NCBI GenBank assembly: GCA_003132585.1
Contig: PKYG01000091.1
Location: 18,893 to 64,385, forward strand
Origin: Actinomycetota bacterium
Lineage (GTDB): Bacteria > Actinomycetota > Thermoleophilia > UBA2241
DNA: 45,493 bases
Direction of reading: 5' to 3'
Every line of letters starts with the position of its first letter. The first letter of the stretch is position 1. The notes under the pieces are model-generated. The model was not told the DNA's origin and did no database searches. It saw nothing but the letters and a program-made list of their open reading frames with translations. This document shows, piece after piece, positions 19,037 to 26,887 of the stretch. Made by a program: the position numbers and the translations under genes.

Positions 19037-19096
19037 TGCTAACAAACGGATCAACCTGGCTCGCTTCGCTCGCAGGTTATCCGTCAGACGTTCGCC
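19037..19096 (+). repeat. attC site (60 bp)
   Basis: TGCTAAC-AAA-CGGATCAACCTG...CAGGTTATCCG-TCAGAC-GTTCGCC; L box with single extrahelical base. Confidence 0.9.
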
Positions 19097-19132
19097 GTCG
19101 ATCCGCCAGAGACCGAACTCGAGGGGCATAGG

Positions 19133-22100
19133 TCACGCCTTCTCGATGCTTGATTCGACGATTGCGATATCGTCGTCGGTGAGACCGTACGCAGCATAGA
19201 CAGCAACGTCTACGCGAGCCCGCAGCATCGTCGCCTCTCTCTCCCAGCGTCGTTGATCTTCCGAAACACGACACAGCTGGACTTGCTTCTTGGCTTCCTG
19301 CAGCGCAGTCACTGACTCGGTGATGTCATCGTGGATTCGTCTCTCATGTGCGTTGTTGGGACTCAGCACGCGAACCGGCCGTCTCTCGATGTACTGCTTG
19401 TTCGCGGCATAGTAGCCGCCTCGGAAGCTGGTTGAGATGCGCTTGAGGTAGAAGTCGAGTGCTCGATTGTTCAGAAGCGCACAGAGATACGCCATCGACC
19501 CGAAGGAGGGGTCGACGGTGAGGCCGTAGCCTCCCGTGGTCACGTTGATGAAGTAGAAGTTGTCGGTCAAATCGCAGTAGGCGGCTAGGTCAGTGACCAT
19601 ATACGGGACAAGCAGTTTAGGCTGCTCCCAGCACCCGAGGTTCTGGGTGCGACCGAACCGATACCACGACGCATCTCTGAACCCACCGTGCTCGCGGGCT
19701 TCGAGTTCGCAACGATTGAGCTCCAGATAGGCACGGGCAAGTGGATAGCGATCCTGCAGCGCCTGTCCGGTAAGAAGATGCGCATCGGTGCCCACGAGGT
19801 CGTACGGAAACAGAACCTTCGCCGTCGCGTGCGCCCAGTATTGGCCAATCGAGCCGCTACGGACGACGTCTTTCAAGGCCGCCGACTCAAGCGTTACCCA
19901 CCTGCCAATCGACTTCGAGAACACGTCCGTCAGCCCGCTCTCTTGAGACAGGTTATGCTCCTTAAACACGAAGACCGGATCCGCGCTGGTCTGTTGCCCA
20001 ACGAACATGCCCGTAACAACATCGCGCAAGCGGACCGGCATGGTATCGAGCCGCTCGAACAAGCTCGCGCACCGTCCAACAACGAAAGCCCAGTCCGAAC
20101 TCCCATAGGAATCGGCCGGCAGCTCGTCGACAATCGGCTTCTCACCATTGCGCCAAGCTGGAATATCGTCAACCGGCACAAAGGCGAAGCGTGGTGAACG
20201 TGCCTTGCTGAGAAGAAGGAGGCACGTGTACGTCGAAGCGTTGGTGAAGACCTGGCTGTGGCCAAAGTGAACGACCCGATCTAGGTGCCCGCCCTTGGCG
20301 AGTAGGCCGCGCAACGGCTCCCCGTACTGTGCGTTGAAGAACTTGTGCGGCAGGATGTAGCCAAGGCGGCCGGCCTCGTTGAGCAGAGACAGGCCCCGCT
20401 CGACGAACACCACGTAGATGTCGTAGTTGCCCTTGCTCGCCGCGACGTATCGCTTCTTGTAGAACTCAACTTCGCGCGGCGCGAACTCCTTCAGGTTCTG
20501 GATGCGGATATACGGCGGATTCCCGATCACTGCGTCGAACCCGCGCTGCTCCTCCGGCACCGCCTTCCCCTGAATCTGCGGGAACTCCGCCTCCCAGTCG
20601 AAGACGTTGATGCGGTAGCGCTCCTCGTCGTCGAGGCCGGTGAGACCGAGCTGCTGATCGTCGTAGAAGTCCGGGCCGATCAGCGAATTGCCGCACTTGA
20701 TGTTGGCGGCCAGGTCGGGCAGGGCGCGCTCGTGCAAGAAGCTGAGCTGGGCGTCGATTGTCTCCGACGTCTCGCCCTCGAGCACCTTGAGCAGCAGGCT
20801 CAGTTTGGTCGTCTCCACGGCCTGGGAGTCGATGTCGACGCCGTAGATGTTGTTCAGCAGTATCCGCTTCTTTTCGGCCGTGGTGAGCTGCCACTCGCCG
20901 GCGCGGCCCTGCACGATCGGCTTGTTCTTCTTGTCGAGCGCGTGCTCCACGTACCAGTCGCGGTGCCAGTCGAGCAGGCACTGGTAGGCGCCGATGAGGA
21001 ACGAGCCCGAGCCGCAGGCGGGATCGAGGATGCGGAGGTCGGCCGCCTGCTTGGGCGCAAGCCCCTCGAGCAGGCGGCCCACTGTGTTCTTGACGATGTA
21101 GTCGACGATGTAGGTCGGCGTGTAGTACACGCCGCCGGCCTTCTTGACCTCGGGCTTGTCCTCGACCTTGGCCTGGTGCCCCGTCGTGAGGCGGATCACC
21201 TTGCCGAGGAACTGCTCGTAGACCTGCCCCAGGATGTCGGCGGGCAGCACGCTGAACTCGTACGGGCTCTCCGGGTAGTACAGCCGCTTGAGGATCTCCT
21301 TGAGCACCCTGTCGTCGATCACCAGATCGGGGGTGAGCGTGTCGGGCGCGTCCGCGCGCCCCCTCTCTTGCTCGAAGTGGAAGAGGCCGGAGTTGTAACG
21401 ATGGTCGGCCTCGAAGAACAGGGTTCTCAGCCGCTCCCACACGTTCTGGCCGTTCACCAGACCCTGCAGCCGCCCGTAGGGTTCGATCAGCCGGTCCTCG
21501 CAGATGCGCAGGAAGATGATGCGGTCGATCGTCGCCTGCACGGCGTAGTTGAGCTCGCGCGTGCTCAGCGAGCGGTTGCGCAGCGCGATGTTGCGCGCGA
21601 GCTCGTCGCGCCAGCTCTCGATCTCCTTGAGAAAGGCGGTGTCGACCTCGGCCGTGCCCTTCTTCGCCTTGGTCGACTCGGCGTACTGGTCGAACGAGCC
21701 CTTGTAGATCGCGTCCTTGCTGAAGATCGACGCGATCTCGTCCCAGCGGTGCTCGTACTCGTCGAAGGTCGCGTACATGATGCGTGCGACCGGCGATTTG
21801 TCGGTGTTCGCCGGTCGCACGCGGCAGTCGTAAACGACGAACTCCTGGAAGTCGGTGACGATGCTCAGCGGCAGCTTGGCCGACCAGGCGTAGCGGCGAA
21901 GCTGGTAGGCCGGGCTGGGGTCGTCCTTGAGGTTGACCGCGGGCTTCTTCGCCTCGACAAAGAACTTGCGCGCGCCTCCTACTCTGAACGAGTAGTCCGG
22001 CGCCCGGCTGTCGATGCCCACCTTGATCGCGTCTTCGTGCACCACGTCGCGGTACTGCGGCGCGTTGCCGGCGGAGTTGTCGACGTCCCAGCTCAGCGCC

Positions 22101-22222
22101 TTGAAGAACGGGTCGATGAACTCGATGCGCACCTGGGTCTCGTTGTAGGCGGGGTTGAGATAGGTGGTGAAGTTGTGCCTGAAGCGCTCAACGAGCTCGA
22201 CAACCGCATCGGGTGCGCCCAC
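19133..22222 (-). CDS. Single-chain type IIG (Eco57I/TaqI-like) restriction-modification enzyme
   Basis: N-terminal PDY...VEAKK nuclease, GVYYTP, LDPACGSGSFL, GNPPY m6A MTase motifs, C-terminal TRD. Confidence 0.92.
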   Translation of the reverse strand: MGAPDAVVELVERFRHNFTTYLNPAYNETQVRIEFIDPFFKALSWDVDNSAGNAPQYRDVVHEDAIKVGIDSRAPDYSFRVGGARKFFVEAKKPAVNLKDDPSPAYQLRRYAWSAKLPLSIVTDFQEFVVYDCRVRPANTDKSPVARIMYATFDEYEHRWDEIASIFSKDAIYKGSFDQYAESTKAKKGTAEVDTAFLKEIESWRDELARNIALRNRSLSTRELNYAVQATIDRIIFLRICEDRLIEPYGRLQGLVNGQNVWERLRTLFFEADHRYNSGLFHFEQERGRADAPDTLTPDLVIDDRVLKEILKRLYYPESPYEFSVLPADILGQVYEQFLGKVIRLTTGHQAKVEDKPEVKKAGGVYYTPTYIVDYIVKNTVGRLLEGLAPKQAADLRILDPACGSGSFLIGAYQCLLDWHRDWYVEHALDKKNKPIVQGRAGEWQLTTAEKKRILLNNIYGVDIDSQAVETTKLSLLLKVLEGETSETIDAQLSFLHERALPDLAANIKCGNSLIGPDFYDDQQLGLTGLDDEERYRINVFDWEAEFPQIQGKAVPEEQRGFDAVIGNPPYIRIQNLKEFAPREVEFYKKRYVAASKGNYDIYVVFVERGLSLLNEAGRLGYILPHKFFNAQYGEPLRGLLAKGGHLDRVVHFGHSQVFTNASTYTCLLLLSKARSPRFAFVPVDDIPAWRNGEKPIVDELPADSYGSSDWAFVVGRCASLFERLDTMPVRLRDVVTGMFVGQQTSADPVFVFKEHNLSQESGLTDVFSKSIGRWVTLESAALKDVVRSGSIGQYWAHATAKVLFPYDLVGTDAHLLTGQALQDRYPLARAYLELNRCELEAREHGGFRDASWYRFGRTQNLGCWEQPKLLVPYMVTDLAAYCDLTDNFYFINVTTGGYGLTVDPSFGSMAYLCALLNNRALDFYLKRISTSFRGGYYAANKQYIERRPVRVLSPNNAHERRIHDDITESVTALQEAKKQVQLCRVSEDQRRWEREATMLRARVDVAVYAAYGLTDDDIAIVESSIEKA

Positions 22223-22326
22223 GTTACCCCCCTGGCAGGTGTGGTGACGCGCCCAGTCTACACGGGCGCGGGGACGTCGGCGTGCGGCCAGTCCGCGGAA
22301 CCTCCATCACCGAAAGTCGCCATTGT

Positions 22327-22363
22327 TCAAACGGTTTGACGATTACCAGCAAGAGCGTACTGT
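22327..22363 (+). promoter_or_regulatory. Promoter with palindrome over the -35
   Basis: TCAAAC-G-GTTTGA (22327-22339) overlapping TTGACG-N16-TACTGT. Confidence 0.45.
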
Positions 22364-22411
22364 CGCTGCTTCTGGTCTACGACTTCAATCTGGCAACTTG
22401 GAGGTGCTGGT

Positions 22412-23014
22412 ATGAGTCAAGTCGTTGGGAGTCAAGCCATTGCGACGACTCCCAAAGCCAAAGCAGGACCATTCGTGCCCTTGTGGGGTGTTGCAGTCTC
22501 CGGCGCGGTCATTGTGGCGCTCATCGTGACCATCGCCAGCAACTCGCACTTCGGGCTGGATTTCTTCCATGTCTTCGGCGGCGCCCTGTGGGTCAGTATC
22601 GATCTCTTCATGGGCTTCATCATCGGCCCGATCATGGGCCGGCTGGACATTCCCGCCCGAATGGTGTTCTCCAAGAACCTGATGACAAAGATGATGGTCG
22701 TCATGCCCACCGTGGTGATCTGCACTCTGACGTCAGGCTGGCAGCTTGCCCGCTTGGACAATCTCTTCACCACCCCGTACTCGCCCCAGCACGGCTGGAT
22801 TCTGGCAGCGTTGATAGTGGTGGCCTTCCTCGCCATCATCGCCTACGCCTTTCTTGAACCAGCCAACATCGTGGTGCTCATGGAACTGCGCAAACCGGAA
22901 CCCAACGGCTTGCTTATCGGCAGGATGATGCGGCGCTTCCTCTATACCGCCGGCGTTTTGGGGATTCTGCAGCTCTCGATAATCGTCATCATGGTGAGGT
23001 TGGCGACATGGTGA
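22412..23014 (+). CDS. Multi-pass membrane protein (DUF2269/CopD-like)
   Basis: HVFGGALW, TLTSGWQLA, about 5 TMs; RBS GGAGGT. Confidence 0.7.
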   Translation: MSQVVGSQAIATTPKAKAGPFVPLWGVAVSGAVIVALIVTIASNSHFGLDFFHVFGGALWVSIDLFMGFIIGPIMGRLDIPARMVFSKNLMTKMMVVMPTVVICTLTSGWQLARLDNLFTTPYSPQHGWILAALIVVAFLAIIAYAFLEPANIVVLMELRKPEPNGLLIGRMMRRFLYTAGVLGILQLSIIVIMVRLATW

Positions 23015-23427
23015 ATACACCACAACCCTACGCCGGAGACACCAAGCGCTCACCAGTTATCGCGTGCATAGTAGGAACGATCATCTCCTGCATTCTGGCT
23101 GCCGGCATCATCATCGCGCATATTCCCGGACCGGCACCAATGTGGGGATCCATCATGTGGGTGTGCATAGCCGCGGTGCTGACCATAGCTACGATAGTTC
23201 TCATTCTCCGGAAGCGGCCATTCGCCCGGAACACGTTCTTCACTGTGGCGAAATGGGTGTTCCTGTACATCCTGGTGTTGACCGGGATGGGAGAGTACGT
23301 CATTGCATTTGACGGCACGAGGGGGGAACCGCTCGTCGTCATGACCATCATTCTTCTGCTGTTCCTGGTCAATATCCCGATGCTCTGGGGCTTCTCGGTC
23401 GCCCGCCACGAGCGGACTCCTGGTTGA
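23008..23427 (+). CDS. 4-TM hypothetical membrane protein coupled to the upstream gene
   Basis: Four hydrophobic segments; overlaps upstream stop. Confidence 0.7.
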   Translation: MVNTPQPYAGDTKRSPVIACIVGTIISCILAAGIIIAHIPGPAPMWGSIMWVCIAAVLTIATIVLILRKRPFARNTFFTVAKWVFLYILVLTGMGEYVIAFDGTRGEPLVVMTIILLLFLVNIPMLWGFSVARHERTPG

Positions 23428-23453
23428 TCGCGGCTGACCATAGGGCCGAGGTG

Positions 23454-23490
23454 TTGCCTTCCGCTGTCCCGCGGTTATACTTCTGGTATG
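23454..23490 (+). promoter_or_regulatory. TA promoter, probably leaderless transcript
   Basis: TTGCCT-N16-TATACT, ATG 6 nt downstream, no RBS; ATAC-N5-GTAT palindrome. Confidence 0.55.
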
Positions 23491-23724
23491 AAGACAGCGA
23501 TCTCCATCCCCGATGAACTCTTCGACGACGCCGAGAGGCTGGCCCTTGCGCTGAAGAAGTCACGCAGCCGGCTCTACGGCGACGCGGTGCGCGAGTACGT
23601 GGCGCGTCACTCGGCCGATGAGGTCACGGAGGCGCTCGACGTCATCTGCGCAGAAGCAACGTCGAGCGACAGTGACTTCGCCGTCACTGCGGCGCGGAGC
23701 ACGCTCGAGCGGTCCGACTGGTGA
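23488..23724 (+). CDS. RHH/CopG-type antitoxin (ChpI/MazE6-like)
   Basis: MKTAISIPDELFDDAERLA..LKKSRSRLY..AVREYV. Confidence 0.88.
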   Translation: MKTAISIPDELFDDAERLALALKKSRSRLYGDAVREYVARHSADEVTEALDVICAEATSSDSDFAVTAARSTLERSDW

Positions 23725-24062
23725 TCGCCCAGGGCGAGGTCTGGTGGGCCGAGCTGCGCGAGCCGTCGGGCTCCGAACCCGGCTTTCGGCGGCCGGTCGT
23801 CGTCGTGCAGGGCGATTCGTTCAACCGTAGTCGCATCGCCACCGTGGTGTGTGTCGCGCTCACCAGCAACCTGCACTGGGCAGAGGCTCCCGGCAACGTG
23901 TTGCTGACGTCGAAGGCGACGGGGCTGCCCAAGGACTCCGTTGCCAACGTGTCGCAGATCGTTGCGCTCGACCGAGCGTCGCTGACCGAGCGGGTCGGCA
24001 CCCTGCCCGACAAGAAGCTCGAGCTCGTGCTGAGCGGTATCGATATCGTGCTCGGTCGCTGA
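23721..24062 (+). CDS. mazF: PemK/MazF-family toxin
   Basis: GEVWWAEL..PSGSEPGFRRPVVVVQGDSFNRSRI...GLPKDSVANVSQI. Confidence 0.92.
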   Translation: MIAQGEVWWAELREPSGSEPGFRRPVVVVQGDSFNRSRIATVVCVALTSNLHWAEAPGNVLLTSKATGLPKDSVANVSQIVALDRASLTERVGTLPDKKLELVLSGIDIVLGR

Positions 24063-24097
24063 GGCGTTGGTCCTCTTCCCGGTCGCGTTCGGTTGAC

Positions 24098-24352
24098 ATG
24101 AATCCATTGACCGCCTTCGGCGCCGGAGCCGTCACTCTCATGCTGATCTCCTATGCACTGGAGCATCGCGCGGCTCTGTGGATATTGATCTTTGCCTTCG
24201 CCTGCGCTGCTTCGGCGGTCTACGCAGCGCTCGCGAATACTTGGCCCTTCATGGTCGTCGAAAGCATATGGGCGCTGGTAGCCTTGCGGCGGTGGTGGAC
24301 GACGCGCGGCTCAAGCCGTAGGCGCGGCCAACGAGGCAAGCGTTGGACGTGA
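24098..24352 (+). CDS. Small 3-TM membrane protein (CBU_0592-like)
   Basis: MLISYALE...WPFMVVESIWALVALRRW. Confidence 0.7.
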   Translation: MNPLTAFGAGAVTLMLISYALEHRAALWILIFAFACAASAVYAALANTWPFMVVESIWALVALRRWWTTRGSSRRRGQRGKRWT

Positions 24353-24939
24353 TATTCGACCTCGGCGGCGTGCTACTGACCTGGGATCCTCCCGCCATGC
24401 TCTCGTCCGTGTTCGAGGATCCCCACGAGCGTGCGCGGGTGCTCGATCGCCTCTTCGGCGATCCGGACTGGATCGAGCTCGACCGCGGCACGCTTCCGGT
24501 CGCAAAGGCGATCGAGCGCGCCGCGCAGAGAACGGGCATCAGCGCCGACAGGCTGCGCACCTTGTTCGATGTGATGCCTAGCTGGCTGGTGCCCGTGCCG
24601 GCGGCCATCGAGCTCGTCAGAGCCCTTCGGGCCGCCGGCAATCGACTGTTCGTGCTCTCGAACATGCAGCGCGCCACGCTTGCGCACATCGAGACCGCCT
24701 ACGACTTCCTTGCACTGTTCGACGGTCGCGTCTTCTCCTGCGAGGTCGGCGAGTGCAAGCCGGAGCCGGCGATCTATCGCCGCCTCCTCGACACATTCGC
24801 GCTCGACCCAAGCGCCACGGTGTTCATCGACGACCATCAGGCCAACCTCGACGCGGCGGCCGCGTTCGGCATCGCGACTATCAGGTTCGAGACGGTTGAG
24901 GGGTGCCGTGCGGAGCTCGAGGCGCTGGGGTGCGTCTAA
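24343..24939 (+). CDS. HAD-family phosphatase
   Basis: VIFDLGGVL, LSNM, KPEPAIY, FIDDHQANL; stop inside GTCTAAC (R''-like). Confidence 0.9.
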   Translation: MDVIFDLGGVLLTWDPPAMLSSVFEDPHERARVLDRLFGDPDWIELDRGTLPVAKAIERAAQRTGISADRLRTLFDVMPSWLVPVPAAIELVRALRAAGNRLFVLSNMQRATLAHIETAYDFLALFDGRVFSCEVGECKPEPAIYRRLLDTFALDPSATVFIDDHQANLDAAAAFGIATIRFETVEGCRAELEALGCV

Positions 24940-25331
24940 CCCAGGTGCGAACGCAGCCATGCCGCGAGTTCCTCTTCATCGAGTTCGCCGGCAGCGAGCG
25001 CGAGCATGACGGTCACGACCTCCGCCTCAGGCGCAGCGAGATCGCGGCCGTTGAGCCCCAGGAAGACCCCCATCGTCACGAAGGCGATGCGCTTGTTGCC
25101 GTCGTTGAACGGGTGACTCCGCGCCAGCCCGTGTCCGTACGTCGCAGCCAGACCGGCCAGATCGACTGTGGGCTCGTAGGCGAAGCGCTGCTGGGCACGG
25201 GCAAGCGCGGACTCCAGGGCGTGCTCGTCGCGGATGCCCGGCATCCCTCCATGCTCGCGGATCAGGTCGAGGTGCACTGCCTCGACGACCAGCCGGTCGA
25301 CCCACCGCGGCTCCGCGGTTTGACGCGCCAC
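24936..25331 (-). CDS. doc: Doc/Fic-family toxin
   Basis: HPFNDGNKRIAF Fic motif; HGGMPGIRD. Confidence 0.93.
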   Translation of the reverse strand: MARQTAEPRWVDRLVVEAVHLDLIREHGGMPGIRDEHALESALARAQQRFAYEPTVDLAGLAATYGHGLARSHPFNDGNKRIAFVTMGVFLGLNGRDLAAPEAEVVTVMLALAAGELDEEELAAWLRSHLG

Positions 25332-25334
25332 CGG

Positions 25335-25562
25335 CTACTTGGCCAGCTCGCGGAGTGCGTTGCGGTACTTCCCAGAGACCTTGGTAGCCAGAGCAAGCGC
25401 CTCCTCGGTCTGCGGGTCGTAGGGCGTGAGCAGGATGCCGCGATCGGTCTCGACGGCGAGCACGGTGTCGCCGGCCGACAGGTGGAGTCTCTCCGCCATG
25501 TCCTTGGGCAACGTGGCGCTGATCGAGCCCCCGGCCTGGCGCAACTTCAGTCCACGAGTCAT
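25335..25562 (-). CDS. AbrB-family antitoxin of Doc
   Basis: LKLRQAGGSISATLPKDM...LLTPYDP...YRNALRELAK; RBS GGAGG. Confidence 0.88.
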   Translation of the reverse strand: MTRGLKLRQAGGSISATLPKDMAERLHLSAGDTVLAVETDRGILLTPYDPQTEEALALATKVSGKYRNALRELAK

Positions 25563-25588
25563 GGATCCTCCAGTCGGTCGTGCAGAGT

Positions 25589-25606
25589 GTAGCATTCTAA
25601 TGCTAC
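25589..25606 (-). promoter_or_regulatory. Operator palindrome over the -10 of abrB-doc
   Basis: GTAGCATT-CT-AATGCTAC containing minus-strand TAGAAT. Confidence 0.7.
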
Positions 25607-25621
25607 CACATCGCGGGGCTC

Positions 25622-25680
25622 GGCTAACAGCGTGTCGAGCATGCGCGCTCCGCGCGCACCTCACGCGCTAGACGGTCGGC
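25622..25680 (+). repeat. attC site (59 bp, R' degenerate), last recognisable in the array
   Basis: GGCTAAC-AGCGTGTCGAG / CTCACGCGCT, central GCGCGCTCCGCGCGC hairpin, ends GACGGTCGGC. Confidence 0.7.
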
Positions 25681-25806
25681 CCAACCGAGACGCATCGCCG
25701 TCTACGAACCCGCGAACTGTGAGCCCATGGTGCTTTCGAGTACCTGGAGACGCGCCGCGCGTCGCTGCGGTTCGCGGCCGAGACCCCAACGCGCTGGCCG
25801 GAAGCC

Positions 25807-26871
25807 CTACCGCGGCCGCCAATCGGGTTCCTCTGCGTTGTCGATGCCCGGCACCGCGGAGAGCCCGGAGCCGTCGGCGTTCACGATGTAGAGGCGAGAG
25901 CCGTGAGACCCCATGTGAGAACTGCTCGCCATTGCCAAAGCCTTCCCGTCCGGCGTCCACGCTGGCGCGGCGTAGGGGTCCGGCGTGATGAAGTCCGAGA
26001 TGGGGTGGAGGACCGTCACCGGAGTCCCGCCCCCACGCGCGGGCACGATCTCGATGCTCTGACTCGTCTTGCTGTCGATGGCGATCCTCTTGCCGTCCGG
26101 CGAGAGTGCGAAGTCGCCGATGTTCCCGACCTTCGTCAGCTGGACGAGTCCGCTCCCGTCGTGGCCGATCGCGCAGACGTCGCTGAGCCGTAGGAAGAGG
26201 ATCTTGCCGCTCGGCGCCCAGGCGGGGAAGTGGTCGACCTGCCCACCAGGAGGTGTTCCAGGAGCCGGGTGCGTCACGCGCCTGAGACCGCTGCCGTCGG
26301 CCTTCACCGAGAAGATGGCGTGCTCCTCCAACGACAGAGCTCTCATGAAGGCGATCTTCTTGCCGTCCGGTGACCACACCGCCCAGTCGCCTCTCACCGA
26401 CCCCTTCGTCAGGCGCCTCTTGTTCGAGCCGTCGGCGTTCATGACCCACAAGGTGGCGTATATCGTGTCATCGGCCCTGGGGGCGTACACGGCGTATACG
26501 ATCCTGGTTCCGTCCGGAGACCAGGAGGGGTTGGTCTCCCAGCCGGGGGTATCTGTCAGCTGCTTGAGAGCCGTGCCGTCGGGGTTGACGACATAGATGT
26601 CACTGTTCCCGCCGTCCCCAGTTGTTACGACTTTCGCGAAGGCGATGGTGCCGGCGACGGTGGGTCTCGGCAGAGGTGTCGCGCTCTCGCTCGGCGCCAC
26701 CGAAGGCGAGGGCGAAGCGCTCGGCGAGGTCGATGCCATAGGGCTCGCGCCGCCGCAGGCGCCGAGCGCGAGCACGAGAACTGCGACAACGACGAGCGAC
26801 GAGAATGCGGCGGTCAGCGCGGTCACGCCCCACGTGGGCGCGCGTGACGCTGATCTCCCGATCCCTCTCAT
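25807..26871 (-). CDS. TolB/PD40-like beta-propeller lipoprotein, paralogue 1
   Basis: LALGACGG lipobox, SPS linker, repeated PSWSPDG..I and MNADGS motifs. Confidence 0.88.
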   Translation of the reverse strand: MRGIGRSASRAPTWGVTALTAAFSSLVVVAVLVLALGACGGASPMASTSPSASPSPSVAPSESATPLPRPTVAGTIAFAKVVTTGDGGNSDIYVVNPDGTALKQLTDTPGWETNPSWSPDGTRIVYAVYAPRADDTIYATLWVMNADGSNKRRLTKGSVRGDWAVWSPDGKKIAFMRALSLEEHAIFSVKADGSGLRRVTHPAPGTPPGGQVDHFPAWAPSGKILFLRLSDVCAIGHDGSGLVQLTKVGNIGDFALSPDGKRIAIDSKTSQSIEIVPARGGGTPVTVLHPISDFITPDPYAAPAWTPDGKALAMASSSHMGSHGSRLYIVNADGSGLSAVPGIDNAEEPDWRPR

Positions 26872-26887
26872 GGCCTTGCCCCCTCCC

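Larger units (their letters stand above)
1431..25680 (+). mobile_element. Integron gene-cassette array without integrase in the window (CALIN-like)
   Basis: Multiple attC sites, all with R' (GTT) on the + strand, between short unrelated genes of mixed GC; 5 TA modules; no tyrosine recombinase ORF between kbl and tRNA-Ala. Confidence 0.85.

Noticed and set aside
18855-19199. 114-aa ORF after the large gene
   Set aside because: Runs through the attC and into the R-M gene end; no recognisable features
20345-22339. 664-aa plus-strand ORF and similar long ORFs (405-1445, 7205-8500, 34748-36562, 36064-37683, 39135-40757, 41697-43634)
   Set aside because: Antisense or off-frame shadows of real high-GC genes
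25700-25760. Second tRNA-Ala fragment (TGGTG...TGGAGACGCGCC)
   Set aside because: Similarity too short and gapped to separate from chance
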